A stretch of 64,000 nt of DNA from the human T2T-CHM13v2.0 reference genome, Homo sapiens, in the NCBI RefSeq assembly GCF_009914755.1, contig NC_060935.1; one strand, 5' to 3'. Under the pieces are notes generated by a model. That model was given only the letters and a program-made list of their open reading frames with translations, had not been told where the DNA came from and searched no databases. The translations under genes and the position numbers were made by a program. Shown piece after piece: positions 38,301-53,300 of this stretch (the first letter of the stretch is position 1; each line of letters begins with the position of its first letter).

Positions 38301-41300
38301 TTGGACCTCTCTGAGGATTTCGTTGGAAACGGGATAAACTTCCCAGAACTACACGGAAGCATGCTGAGAAACTTCTTTGTGATGTTTGCATTCAACTCAC
38401 AGAGTTGAACCTTGCTTTCATAGTTCAGCTTTCAAACACTTTTTTTGTAGAATCTGCAAGTGGATATTTGGACCACTTTGTGGCCTTCCTTCGAAACGGG
38501 TATATCTTCACATCAAACCTAGACAGAAGCATTCTCAGAATGTTTCCTGTGATGACTGCATTCAACTCACAGAGGTGAACAATCCTGCTGATGGAGGAGT
38601 TTTGAAACTCTCTTTCTTTGGATTCTGCAAGTGGATATGTGGACCTCTGTGAAGATTTCGTTGGAAACGGGTTCATCTTCACAGAAAAACTAAACAGAAG
38701 CATTCTCAGAAACTGCTTTGTGATGTTTGTGTTCCACTTCAGGAATTGAACTTTCCTCTTGACAGAGCAGCTCTGAAACCCTCTTATTCTAGAATCTGCA
38801 AGTGGACATTTGGAGGGCTTTGAGGCCTGTGGTGGAAAAGGAAAATCTTCACATAAAAACTAGATGGAAGCATTCTCAGAAACTACTTTGTGATGATGGC
38901 TTTCGACTCACAGAGTTGAACATTCCTATAGATAGAGCAGGTTGTAAACAATCTTTTTCTAGAATCTGCTATTGGAGATTTGGACTGCTTTGAGGCCTAC
39001 TGTAGTAAAGGAAATAACTTCATCTAAAAACCAAACGGAAGCATTCACAGACAATTCTCAGTGATCATTGGATTGAACTAACAGAGCTGAACATTCCTTT
39101 AGATGGAGCAGTTTCCAAACAAACTTTCTGTAGAATCTGCAAGTGGATATTTGGACTTCTCTGAGAATTTCGTTGGAAAAGGGATAAACTTCCCAGAACT
39201 ACACGGAAGCATTGTGAGAAACTTCTTTTTGATGTTTGCATTCAACTCACAGAGTTGAACCTTGCTTTCATAGTTCAGCTTTCAAACACTCTTTTTGTAG
39301 AATCTGCAAGTGGATATTTGGACCACTTTGTGGCCTTCCTTCGAAACGGGTATATCTTCACATCAAACCTAGACAGAAGCATTCTCAGAATGTTTCCTGT
39401 GATGACTGCATTCAACTCACAGAGGTGAACAATCCTGCTGATGGAGCAGTTTTGAAACTCTCTTTCTTTGGATTCTGCATGTGGATATGTTGACCTCTGT
39501 GAAGATTTCGTTGGAAACGGGTTCATCTTCACAGAAAAACTAAACAGGAGCATTCTCAGAAACTGCTTTGTGATGTTTGTGTTCCACTTCAAGAATTGAA
39601 CTTTCCTCTTGACAGAGCAGCTCTGAAACCCTCTTTTTACAGAATCTGCAAGTGGACATTTGGAAGGATTTGAGGCCTGTGGTGGAAAAGGAAAATCTTC
39701 ACATAAAAACTAGATGGAAGCATTCTCAGAAACTACTTTGTGATGATTGCATTCGACGCACAGAGTTGAACATTCCTATAGAGAGAGCAGGTTGTAAACA
39801 ATCTTTTTGTAGAATCTGCGATTGGAGATTTGGACTGCTTTGAGGCTTACTGTAGTAAAGGAAATAACTTCATCTAAAAACCAAACGGAAGCATTCACAG
39901 ACAATTCTTAGTGATCATTGGATTGAGCTAACAGAGCTGAACATTCCTTTAGATGGAGCAGTTTCCAAACCCACTTTCTGTAGAATCTGCAAGTGGATAT
40001 TTGTACTTCTCTGAGGATTTCGTTGGAAACGGGATAAACTTCCCAGAACTACACGGAAGCATTGTGAGAAACTTCTTTGTGATGTTTGCATTCAACTCAC
40101 AGAGTTGAACCTTGCTTTCATAGTTCAGCTTTCAAACACTCTTTTTGTAGAATCTGCAAGTGGATATTTGGACCACTTTGTGGCCTTCCTTCGAAACGGG
40201 TATATCTTCCCATCAAACCTAGACAGAAGCATTCTCAGAATGTTTCCTGTGATGACTGCATTCAACTCACAGAGGTGAACAATCCTGTTGATGGAGCACT
40301 TTTGAAACTCTCTTTCTTTGGATTCTGCAAGTTGATATGTGGACCTCTGTGAAGATTTCGTTGGAAACGGGTTCATCTTCACAGAAAAACTAAACAGAAG
40401 CATTCTCAGAAACTACTTTGTGATGTTTGTGTTCCACTTCAAGAATTGAACTTTCGTCTTGACAGAGCAGCTCTGAAACCCTCTTTTTCTAGAATCTGCA
40501 AGTGGACATTTGGAGGGCTTTGAGGCCTGTGGTGGAAAAGGAAAATCTTCACATAAAAACTAGATGGAAGCATTCTCAGAAACTACTTTGTGATGATTGC
40601 ACTCGACTCACAGAGTTGAACATTCCTATAGATAGAGCAGGTTGTAAACAATCTTTTTGTAGAATCTGCGATTGGAGATTTGGACTGCTTTGAGGCCTAC
40701 TGTAGTAAAGGAAATAACTTCATCTAAAAACCAAACGGAAGCATTCACAGACAATTCTTAGTGATCATTGCATTGAACTAACAGAGCTGAACATTCCTTT
40801 AGATGGCGCAGTTTCCAAACACACTTTCTGTAGAAACTGCAAGTGGATATTTGGACCTCTCTGAGGATTTCGTTGGAAACGGGATAAACTTCCCAGAACT
40901 ACACGGAAGCATGCTGAGAAACTTCTTTGTGATGTTTGCATTCAACTCACAGAGTTGAACCTTGCTTTCATAGTTCAGCTTTCAAACACTCTTTTTGTAG
41001 AATCTGCAAGTGGATATTTGGACCACTTTGTGGCCTTCCTTCGAAACGGGTATATCTTCACATCAAACCTAGACAGAAGCATTCTCAGAATGTTTCCTGT
41101 GATGACTGCATTCAACTCACAGAGGTGAACAATCCTGCTGATGGAGCAATTTTGAAACTCTCTTTCTTTGGATTCTGCAAGTGGATATGTGGACCTCTGT
41201 GAAGATTTCGTTGGAAACGGGTTCATCTTCACAGAAAAACTAAACAGAAGCATTCTCAGAAACTGCTTTGTGATGTTTGTGTTCCACTTCAGGAATTGAA

Positions 41301-44300
41301 CTTTCCTCTTGACAGAGCAGCTCTGAAACCCTCTTATTCTAGAATCTGCAAGTGGACATTTGGAGGGGTTTGAGGCCTGTGGTGGAAAAGGAAAATCTTC
41401 ACATAAAAACTAGATGGAAGCATTCTCAGAAACTACTTTGTGATGATTGCATTCGACTCACAGAGTTGAACATTCCTATAGATAGAGCAGGTTGTAAACA
41501 ATCTTTTTGTAGAATCTGCGATTGGAGATTTGGACTGCTTTGAGGCCTACTGTAGTAAAGGAAATAACTTCATCTAAAAACCAAACGGAAGCATTCACAG
41601 ACAATTCTTAGTGATCATTGCATTGAACTAACAGAGCTGAACATTCCTTTAGATGGAGCAGTTTCCAAACACACTTTCTGTAGAACCTGCAAGTGGATAT
41701 TTGGACCTCTCTGAGGATTTCGTTGGAAACGGGATAAACTTCCCAGAGCTACACGGAAGCATTGTGAGAAACTTCTTTGTGATGTTTGCATTCAACTCAC
41801 AGAGTTGAACCTTGCTTTCATAGTTCAGCTTTCAAACACTCTTTTTGTAGAATCTGCAAGTGGATATTTGGACCACTTTGTGGCCTTCCTTCGAAACGGG
41901 TATATCTTCACATCAAACCTAGACAGAAGCATTCTCAGAATGTTTCCTGTGATGACTGCATTCAACTCACAGAGGTGAACAATTCTGCTGATGGAGCAGT
42001 TTTGAAACTCTCTTTCTTTGGATTCTGCAAGTGGATATGTGGACCTCTATGAAGATTTCGTTGGAAACGGGTTCATCTTCACAGAAAAACTAAACAGAAA
42101 CATTCTCACAAACTGCTTTGTGATGTTTGTGTTCCACTTCAGGAATTGAACTTTCCTCTTGACAGAGCAGCTCTGAAACCCTCTTTTTCTAGAATCTACA
42201 AGTGGACATTTGGAGGGCTTTGAGGCCTGTGGTGGAAAAGGAAAATCTTCACATAAAAACTAGATGGAAGCATTCTCAGAAACTACTTTGTGATGATTGC
42301 ATTCGACTCACAGAGTTGAACATTCCTATAGATAGAGCAGGTTGTAAACAATCTTTTTGTAGAATCTGCGATTGGAGATTTGGACTGCTTTGAGGCCTAC
42401 TGTAGTAAAGGAAATAACTTCATCTAAAAACCAAACGGAAGCATTCACAGACAATTCTTAGTGATCATTGGATTGAACTAACAGAGCTGAACATTCCTTT
42501 AGATGGCGCAGTTTCCAAACACACTTTCTGTAGAATCTGCAAGTGGATATTTGGACTTCTCTGAGGATTTCGTTGGAAACGGGATAAACTTCCCAGAACT
42601 ACACGGAAGCATTGTGAGAAACTTCTTTGTGATGTTTCCATTCAACTCACAGAGTTGAACCTTGCTTTCATAGTTCAGCTTTCAAACCCTCTTTTTGTAG
42701 AATCTGCAAGTGGATATTTGGGCCACTTTGTGGCCTTCCTTCGAAACGGGTATATCTTCACATCAAACCTAGACAGAAGCATTCTCAGAATGTTTCCTGT
42801 GATGACTGCATTCAACTCACAGAGGTGAACAATCCTGCTGATGGAGCAGTTTTGAAACTCTCTTTCTTTGGATTCTGCAAGTGGATATGTGGACCTCTGT
42901 GAAGATTTCGTTGGAAACGGGTTCATCTTCACAGAAAAACTAAACAGAAGCATTCTCAGAAACTGCTTTGTGATGTTTGTGTTCCACTTCAGGAATTGAA
43001 CTTTCCTCTTGACAGAGCAGCTCTGAAACCCTCTTATTCTATAATCTGCAAGTGGACATTTGGAGTGCTTTGAGGCCTGTGGTGGAAAAGGAAAATCTTC
43101 ACATAAAAACTAGATGGAAGCATTCTCAGAAACTACTTTGTGATGATTGCATTCGACTCACAGAGTTGAACATTCCTATAGATAGAGCAGGTTGTAAACA
43201 ATCTTTTTGTAGAAAATGCGATTGGAGATTTGGACTGCTTTGAGGCCTACTGTAGTAAAGGAAATAACTTCATCTAAAAACCAAACGGAAGCATTCACAG
43301 ACAATTCTTAGTGATCATTGGATTGAACTAACAGAGCTGAACATTCCTTTAGATGGAGCAGTTTGCAAACCCACTTTCTGTAGAATCTGCAAGTGGATAT
43401 TTGGACTTCTCTGAGGATTTCGTTGGAAACGGGATAAACTTCCCAGAACTACACGGAAGCATTGTGAGAAACTTCTTTGTGATGTTTGCATTCAACTCAC
43501 AGAGTTGAACCTTGCTTTCATAGTTCAGCTTTCAAACACTCTTTTTGTAGAATCTGCAAGTGGATATTTGGACCACTTTGTGGCCTTCCTTCGAAACGGG
43601 TATATCTTCACATCAAACCTAGACAGAAGCATTCTCAGAATGTTTCCTGTGATGACTGCATTCAACTCACAGAGGTGAACAATCCTGCTGATGGAGCAGT
43701 TTTGAAACTCTCTTTCTTTGGATTCTACAAGTGGATATGTGGACCTCTGTGAAGATTTCGTTGGAAACGGGTTCATCTTCACAGAAAAACTAAACAGAAG
43801 CATTCTCAGAAACTGCTTTGTGATGTTTGTGTTCCACTTCAGGAATTGAACTTTCCTCTTGACAGAGCAGCTCTGAAACCCTCTTATTCTAGAATCTGCA
43901 AGTGGACATTTGGAGGGCTTTGAGGCCTGTGGTGGAAAAGGAAAATCTTCACATAAAAACTAGATGGAAGCATTCTCAGAAACTACTTTGTGATGATGGC
44001 TATCGACTCACAGAGTTGAACATTCCTATAGATAGAGCAGGTTGTAAACAATCTTTTTGTAGAATCTGCGATTGGAGATTTGGACTGCTTTGAGGCCTAC
44101 TGTAGTAAAGGAAATAACTTCATCTAAAAACCAAACTGAAGCATTCACAGACAATACTTAGTGATCATTGGATTGAACTAACAGAGCTGAACATTCCTTT
44201 AGATGGAGCAGTTTCCAAACACACTTTCTGTAGAATCTGCAAGTGGATATTTGGACTTCTCTGAGGATTTCGTTGGAAACGGGATAAAATTCCCAGAACT

Positions 44301-47300
44301 ACACGGAAGCATTCTGAGAAACTTCTTTGTAATGTTTTCATTCAACTCACAGAGTTGAACCTTGCTTTCATAGTTCAGCTTTCAAACACTCTTTTTGTAC
44401 AATCTGCAAGTGGATATTTGGACCACTTTGTGGCCTTCCTTCGAAACGGGTATATCTTCATATCAAACCTAGACAGAAGCATTCTCAGAATGTTTCCTGT
44501 GATGACTGCATTCAACTCACAGAGGTGAACAATCCTGCTGATGGAGCAGTTTTGAAACTCTCTTTCTTTGGATTCTGCAAGTGGATATGTGGACCTCTGT
44601 GAAGATTTCGTTGGAAACGGGTTCATCTTCACAGAAAAACTAAACAGAAGCATTCTCAGAAACTGCTTTGTGATGTTTGTGTTCCACTTCAGGAATTGAA
44701 CTTTCCTCTTGACAGAGCAGCTCTGAAACCCTCTTTTTCTAGAATCTGCAAGTGGACATTTGGAGGGCTTTGAGGCCTGTGGTGGAAAAGGAAAATCTTC
44801 ACATAAAAACTAGATGGAAGCATTCTCAGAAACTACTTTGTGATGATTGCATTCGACTCACAGAGTTGAACATTCCTATAGATAGAGCAGGTTGTAAACA
44901 ATCTTTTTGTAGAATCTGCGATTGGAGATTTGGACTGCTTTGAGGCCTACTCTAGTAAAGGAAATAACTTCATCTAAAAACCAAACGGAAGCATTCACAG
45001 ACAATTCTTAGTGATCATTGGATTGAACTAACAGAGCTGAACATTCCTTTAGATGGCGCAGTTTCCAAACACACTTTCTGTAGAATCTGCAAGTGGATAT
45101 TTGGACTTCTCTGAGGATTTCGTTGGAAACGGGATAAACTTCCCAGAACTACACGGAAGCATTGTGAGAAACATCTTTGTGATGTTTGCATTCAACTCAC
45201 AGAGTTGAACCTTGCTTTCATAGTTCAGCTTTCAAACCCTCTTTTTGTAGAATCTGCAAGTAGATATTTGGGCCACTTTGTGGCCTTCCTTCGAAACGGG
45301 TATATCTTCACATCAAACCTAGACAGAAGCATTCTCAGAATGTTTCCTGTGATGACTGCATTCAACTCACAGAGGTGAACAATCCTGCTGATGGAGCAGT
45401 TTTGAAACTCTCTTTCTTTGGATTCTGCAAGTGGATATGTGGACCTCTGTGAAGATTTCGTTGGAAACGGGTTCATCTTCACAGAAAAACTAAACAGGAG
45501 CATTCTCAGAAACTGCTTTGTGATGTTTGTGTTCCACTTCAAGAATTGAACTTTCCTCTTGACAGAGCAGCTCTGAAACCCTATTTTTCTAGAATCTGCA
45601 AGTGGACATTTGGAGGGCTTTGAGGCCTGTGGTGGAAAAGGAAAATCTTCACATAAAAACTAGATGGAAGCATTCTCAGAAACTACTTTGTGATGATTGC
45701 ATTCGACTCACAGAGTTGAACATTCCTATAGATAGAGCAGGTTGTAAACAATCTTTTTCTAGAATCTGCGATTGGAGATTTGGACAGCTTTGAGGCCTAC
45801 TGTAGTAAAGGAAATAACTTCATCTAAAAACCAAACGGAAGCATTCACAGACAATTCTTAGTGATCATTGGATTGAACTAACAGAGCTGAAGATTCCTTT
45901 AGATGGAGCAGTTTCCAAACCCACTTTCTGTAGAATCTGCAAGTGGATATTGGGACTTCTCTGAGGATTTCGTTAGAAATGGGATAAACTTCCCAGAACT
46001 ACAGGGAAGCATTGTGAGAAACTTCTTTGTGATGTTTGCATTCAACTCACAGAGTTGAACCTTGCTTTCATAGTTCAGCTTTCAAACACTCTTTTTGTAG
46101 AATCTGCAAGTGGATATTTGGACCACTTTGTGGCCTTCCTTCGAAACGGGTATATCTTCACATCAAACCTAGACAGAAGCATTCTCAGAATGTTTCCTGT
46201 GATGACTGCATTCAACTCACAGAGGTGAACAATCCTGCTGATGGAGCAGTTTTGAAACTCTCTTTCTTTGGATTCTGCAAGTGGATATGTGGACCTCTGT
46301 GAAGATTTAGTTGGAAACGTGTTCATCTTCACAGAAAAACTAAACAGGAGCATTCTCAGAAACTGCTTTGTGATGTTTGTGTTCCACTTCAAGAATTGAA
46401 CTTTCCTCTTGACAGAGCAGCTCTGAAACCCTATTTTTCTAGAATATGCAAGTGGACATTTGGAGGGCTTTGAGGCCTGTGGTGGAAAAGGAAAATCTTC
46501 ACATAAAAACTAGATGGAAGCATTCTCAGAAACTACTTTGTGATGATTGCATTCGACGCACAGAGTTGAACATTCCTATAGATAGAGCAGGTTGTAAACA
46601 ATCTTTTTGTAGAATCTGCGATTGGAGATTTGGACTGCTTTGAGGCCTACTGTAGTAAAGGAAATAACTTCATCTAAAAACCAAACGGAAGCATTCACAG
46701 ACAATTCTTAGTGATCATTGCATTGAACTAACAGAGCTGAACATTCCTTTAGATGGAGCAGTTTCCAAACCCACTTTCTGTAGAATCTGCAAGTGGATAT
46801 TTGGACTTCTCTGAGGATTTCGTTGGAAACGGGATAAAATTCCCAGAACTACACGGAAGCATTCTGAGAAACTTCTTTGTAATGTTTGCATTCAACTCAC
46901 AGAGTTGAACCTTGCTTTCATAGTTCAGCTTTCAAACACTCTTTTTGTACAATCTGCAAGTGGATATTTGGACCACTTTGTGGCCTTCCTTCGAAACGGG
47001 TATATCTTCATATCAAACCTAGACAGAAGCATTCTCAGAATGTTTCCTGTGATGACTGCATTCAACTCACAGAGGTGAACAATCCTGCTGATGGAGCAGT
47101 TTTGAAACTCTCTTTCTTTGGATTCTGCAAGTGGATATGTGGACCTCTGTGAAGATTTCGTTGAAACGGGTTCATCTTCACAGAAAAACTAAACAGGAGC
47201 ATTCTCAGAAAGTGCTTTGTGATGTTTGTGTTCCACTTCAAGAATTGAACTTTCCTCTTGACAGAGCAGCTCTGAAACCCTCTTTTTCTAGAATCTGCAA

Positions 47301-50300
47301 GTGGACATTTGGAGGGCTTTGAGGTCTGTGGTGGAAAAGGAAAATCTTCACATAAAAACTAGATGGAAGCATTCTCAGAAACTACTTTGTGATGATTGCA
47401 TTCGACTCACAGAGTTGAACATTCCTATAGATAGAGCAGGTTGTAAACAATCTTTTTGTAGAATCTGCGATTGGAGATTTGGACTGCTTTGAGGCCTACT
47501 GTAGTAAAGGAAATAACTTCATCTAAAAACCAAACGGAAGCATTCACAGACAATTCTTAGTGATCATTGCATTGAACTAACAGAGCTGAACATTCCTTTA
47601 GATGGAGCAGTTTCCAAACACACTTTTTGTAGAATCTGCAAGTGGATATTTGGACTTCTCTGAGGATTTCGTTGGAAACGGGTAAACTTCCCAGAACTAC
47701 ACGGAAGCATTGTGAGAAACTTCTTTGTGATGTTTGCATTCAACTCACAGAGTTGAACCTTGCTTTCATAGTTCAGCTTTCAAACACTCTTTTTGTAGAA
47801 TCTGCAAGTGCATATTTGGACCACTTTGTGGTCTTCCTTCGAAACGGGTATATCTTCACATCAAACCTAGACAGAAGCATTCTCAGAATGTTTCCTGTGA
47901 AGACTGCATGCAACTCACAGAGATGAACAATCCTGTTGATGGAGCACTTTGGAAACTCTCTTTCTTGGGATTCTGCAAGTTGATATGTGGACCTCTGTGA
48001 AGATTTCTTTGGAAACGTGTTCATCTTCACAGAAAAACTAAACAGAAGCATTCTCAAAAACTACTTTGTGATGTTTGTGTTCCACTTCAAGAATTGAACT
48101 TTCCTCTTGACAGAGCAGCTCTGAAAACCTCTTTTTCTAGAATCTGCAAGTGGACATTTGGAGGGCTTTGAGGCCTGTGGTGGAAAAGGAAAATCTTCAC
48201 ATAAAAACTAGATGGAAGCATTCTCAGAAACTACTTTGTGATGATTGCATTCGACTCACAGAGTTGAACATTCCTATAGATAGAGCAGGTTGTAAACAAT
48301 CTTTTTGTGGAATCTGCGATTGGAGATTTGGACTGCTTTGAGGCCTACTGTAGTAGAGGAAATAACTTCATCTAAAAACCAAACGGAAGCATTCACAGAC
48401 AATTCTTAGTGATCATTGCATTGAACTAACAGAGCTGAACATTCCTTTAGATGGCGCAGTTTCCAAACACACTTTCTGTAGAATCTGCAAGTGGATATTT
48501 GGACCTCTCTGAGGATTTCGTTAGAAACGGGATAAACTTCCCAGAACTACACGGAAGCATGCTGAGAAACTTCTTTGTGATGTTTGCATTCAACTCACAG
48601 AGTTGAACCTTGCTTTCATAGTTCAGCTTTCAAACACTCTTTTTGTAGAATCTGCAAGTGGATATTTGGACCACTTTGTGGCCTTCCTTCGAAACGGGTA
48701 TATCTTCACATCAAACCTAGACAGAAGCATTCTCAGAATGTTTCCTGTGATGACTGCATTCAACTCACAGAGGTGAACAATCCTGCTGATGGAGCAGTTT
48801 TGAAACTCTCTTTCTTTGGATTCTGCAAGTGGATATGTGGACCTCTGTGAAGATTTCGTTGGAAACGGGTTCATCTTCACAGAAAAACTAAACAGAAACA
48901 TTCTCACAAACTGCTTTGTGATGTTTGTGTTCCACTTCAGGAATTGAACTTTCCTCTTGACAGAGCAGCTCTGAAACCCTCTTATTCTAGAATCTGCAAG
49001 TGGACATTTGGAGGGCTTTGAGGCCTGTAGTGGAAAAGGAAAATCTTCACATAAAAACTAGATGGAAGCATTCTCAGAAACTACTTTGTGATGATTGCAT
49101 TCGACTCACAGAGTTGAACATTCCTATAGATAGAGCAGGTTGTAAACAATCTTTTTGTAGAATCTGCGATTGGAGATTTGGACTGCTTTGAGGCCTACTG
49201 TAGTAAAGGAAATAACTTCATCTAAAAACCAAACGGAAGCATTCACAGACAATTCTTAGTGATCATTGGATTGAACTAACAGAGCTGAACATTCCTTTAG
49301 ATGGCGCAGTTTCCAAACACACTTTCTGTAGAATCTGCAAGTGGATATTTGGACTTCTCTGAGGATTTCGTTGGAAACGGGATAAACTTCCCAGAACTAC
49401 ACGGAAGCATTGTGAGAAACTTCTTTGTGATGTTTGCATTCAACTCACAGAGTTGAACCTTGCTTTCATAGTTCAGCTTTCAAACACTCTTTTTGTAGAA
49501 TCTGCAAGTGGATATTTGGACCACTTTTTGGGCTTCCTTCGAAACGGGTATATCTTCACATCAAACCTACACAGAAACATTCTCAGAATGTTTCCTGTGA
49601 TGACTGCATTCAACTCACAGAGGTGAACAATCCTGCTGATGGAGCAGTTTTGAAACTCTCTTTCTTTGGATTCTGCAAGTGGATATGTGGACCTCTGTGA
49701 AGATTTCGTTGGAAACGGGTTCATCTTCACAGAAAAACTAAACAGGAGCATTCTCAGAAACTGCATTGTGATGTTTGTGTTCCACTTCAAGAATTGAACT
49801 TTCCTCTTGACAGAGCAGCTCTGAAACCCTATTTTTCTAGAATATGCAAGTGGACATTTGGAGGGCTTTGAGGCCTGTGGTGGAAAAGGAAAATCTTCAC
49901 ATAAAAACTAGATGGAAGCATTCTCAGAAACTACTTTGTGATGATTGCATTCGACGCACAGAGTTGAACATTCCTATAGATAGAGCAGGTTGTAAACAAT
50001 CTTTTTGTAGAATCTGCGATTGGAGATTTGGACTGCTTTGAGGCCTACTGTAGTAAAGGAAATAACTTCATCTAAAAACCAAACGGAAGCATTCACAGAC
50101 AATTCTTAGTGATCATTGCATTGAACTAACAGAGCTGAACATTCCTTTAGATGGCGCAGTTTCCAAACACACTTTCTGTAGAATCTGCAAGTGGATATTT
50201 GGACTTCTCTGAGGATTTCGTTGGAAACGGGATAAACTTCCCAGAACTACACGGAAGCATTGTGAGAAACTTCTTTGTGATGTTTGCATTCAACTCACAG

Positions 50301-53300
50301 AGTTGAAACTTGCTTTCATAGTTCAGCTTTCAAACACTCTTTTTGTAGAATCTGCAAGTGGATATTTGGACCACTTTGTGGCCTTCCTTCGAAACGGGTA
50401 TATCTTCACATCAAACCTAGACATAAGCATTCTCAGAATGTTTCCTGTGAAGACTGCATTCAACTCACAGAGATGAACAATCCGGTTGATGGAGCACTTT
50501 GGAAACTCTCTTTCTTTGGATTCTGCAAGTTGATATGTGGACCTCTGTGAAGATTTCGTTGGAAACGGGTTCATCTTCACAGAAAAACTAAACAGAAGCA
50601 TTCTCAAAAACTACTTTGTGATGTTTGTGTTCCACTTCAAGAATTGAACTTTCCTCTTGACAGAGCAGTTCTGAAAACCTCTTTTTCTAGAATCTGCAAG
50701 TGGACATTTGGAGGGCTTTGAGGCCTGTGGTGGAAAAGGAAAATCTTCACATAAAAACTAGATGGAAGCATTCTCAGAAACTACTTTGTGATGATTGCAT
50801 TCGACTCACAGAGTTGAACATTCCTATAGATAGAGCAGGTTGTAAACAATCTTTTTGTAGAATCTGCGATTGGAGATTCGGACTGCTTTGAGGCCTACTG
50901 TAGTAAAGGAAATAACTTCATCTAAAAACCAAACGGAAGCATTCACAGACAATTCTTAGTGATCATTGCATTGAACTAACAGAGCTGAACATTCCTTTAG
51001 ATGGCGCAGTTTCCAAACACACTTTCTGTAGAATCTGCAAGTGGATATTTGGACCTCTCTGAGGATTTCGTTGGAAACGGGATAAACTTCCCAGAACTAC
51101 ACGGAAGCATGCTGAGAAACTTCTTTGTGATGTTTGCATTCAACTCACAGAGTTGAACCTTGCTTTCATAGTTCAGCTTTCAAACACTCTTTTTGTAGAA
51201 TCTGCAAGTGGATATTTGGACCACTTTGTGGCCTTCCTTCGAAACGGGTATATCTTCACATCAAACCTAGACAGAAGCATTCTCAGAATGTTTCCTGTGA
51301 TGACTGCATTCAACTCACAGAGGTGAACAATCCTGCTGATGGAGCAATTTTGAAACTCTCTTTCTTTGGATTCTGCAAGTGGATATGTGGACCTCTGTGA
51401 AGATTTCGTTGGAAACGGGTTCATCTTCACAGAAAAACTAAACAGAAGCATTCTCAGAAACTGCTTTGTGATGTTTGTGTTCCACTTCAGGAATTGAACT
51501 TTCCTCTTGACAGAGCAGCTCTGAAACCCTCTTATTCTAGAATCTGCAAGTGGACATTTGGAGGGGTTTGAGGCCTGTGGTGGAAAAGGAAAATCTTCAC
51601 ATAAAAACTAGATGGAAGCATTCTCAGAAACTACTTTGTGATGATTGCATTCGACTCACAGAGTTGAACATTCCTATAGATAGAGCAGGTTGTAAACAAT
51701 CTTTTTGTAGAATCTGCGATTGGAGATTTGGACTGCTTTGAGGCCTACTGTAGTAAAGGAAATAACTTCATCTAAAAACCAAACGGAAGCATTCACAGAC
51801 AATTCTTAGTGATCATTGCATTGAACTAACAGAGCTGAACATTCCTTTAGATGGAGCAGTTTCCAAACACACTTTCTGTAGAACCTGCAAGTGGATATTT
51901 GGACCTCTCTGAGGATTTCGTTGGAAACGGGATAAACTTCCCAGAGCTACACGGAAGCATTGTGAGAAACTTCTTTGTGATGTTTGCATTCAACTCACAG
52001 AGTTGAACCTTGCTTTCATAGTTCAGCTTTCAAACACTCTTTTTGTAGAATCTGCAAGTGGATATTTGGACCACTTTGTGGCCTTCCTTCGAAACGGGTA
52101 TATCTTCACATCAAACCTAGACAGAAGCATTCTCAGAATGTTTCCTGTGATGACTGCATTCAACTCACAGAGGTGAACAATTCTGCTGATGGAGCAGTTT
52201 TGAAACTCTCTTTCTTTGGATTCTGCAAGTGGATATGTGGACCTCTATGAAGATTTCGTTGGAAACGGGTTCATCTTCACAGAAAAACTAAACAGAAACA
52301 TTCTCACAAACTGCTTTGTGATGTTTGTGTTCCACTTCAGGAATTGAACTTTCCTCTTGACAGAGCAGCTCTGAAACCCTCTTTTTCTAGAATCTGCAAG
52401 TGGACATTTGGAGGGCTTTGAGGCCTGTGGTGGAAAAGGAAAATCTTCACATAAAAACTAGATGGAAGCATTCTCAGAAACTACTTTGTGATGATTGCAT
52501 TCGACTCACAGAGTTGAACATTCCTATAGATAGAGCAGGTTGTAAACAATCTTTTTGTAGAATCTGCGATTGGAGATTTGGACTGCTTTGAGGCCTACTG
52601 TAGTAAAGGAAATAACTTCATCTAAAAACCAAACGGAAGCATTCACAGACAATTCTTAGTGATCATTGGATTGAACTAACAGAGTTGAACATTCCTTTAG
52701 ATGGCGCAGTCTCCAAACACACTTTCTGTAGAATCTGCAAGTGGATATTTGGACTTCTCTGAGGATTTCGTTGGAAACGGGATAAACTTCCCAGAACTAC
52801 ACGGAAGCATTGTGAGAAACTTCTTTGTGATGTTTGCATTCAACTCACAGAGTTGAACCTTGCTTTCATAGTTCAGCTTTCAAACCCTCTTTTTGTAGAA
52901 TCTGCAAGTGGATATTTGGGCCACTTTGTGGCCTTCCTTCGAAACGGGTATATCTTCACATCAAACCTAGACAGAAGCATTCTCAGAATGTTTCCTGTGA
53001 TGACTGCATTCAACTCACAGAGGTGAACAATCCTGCTGATGGAGCAGTTTTGAAACTCTCTTTCTTTGGATTCTGCAAGTGGATATGTGGACCTCTGTGA
53101 AGATTTCGTTGGAAACGGGTTCATCTTCACAGAAAAACTAAACAGGAGCATTCTCAGAAACTGCTTTGTGATGTTTGTGTTCCACTTCAAGAATTGAACT
53201 TTCCTCTTGACAGAGCAGCTCTGAAACCCTATTTTTCTAGAATCTGCAAGTGGATATTTGGAGGGCTTTGAGGCCTGTGGTGGAAAAGGAAAATCTTCAC

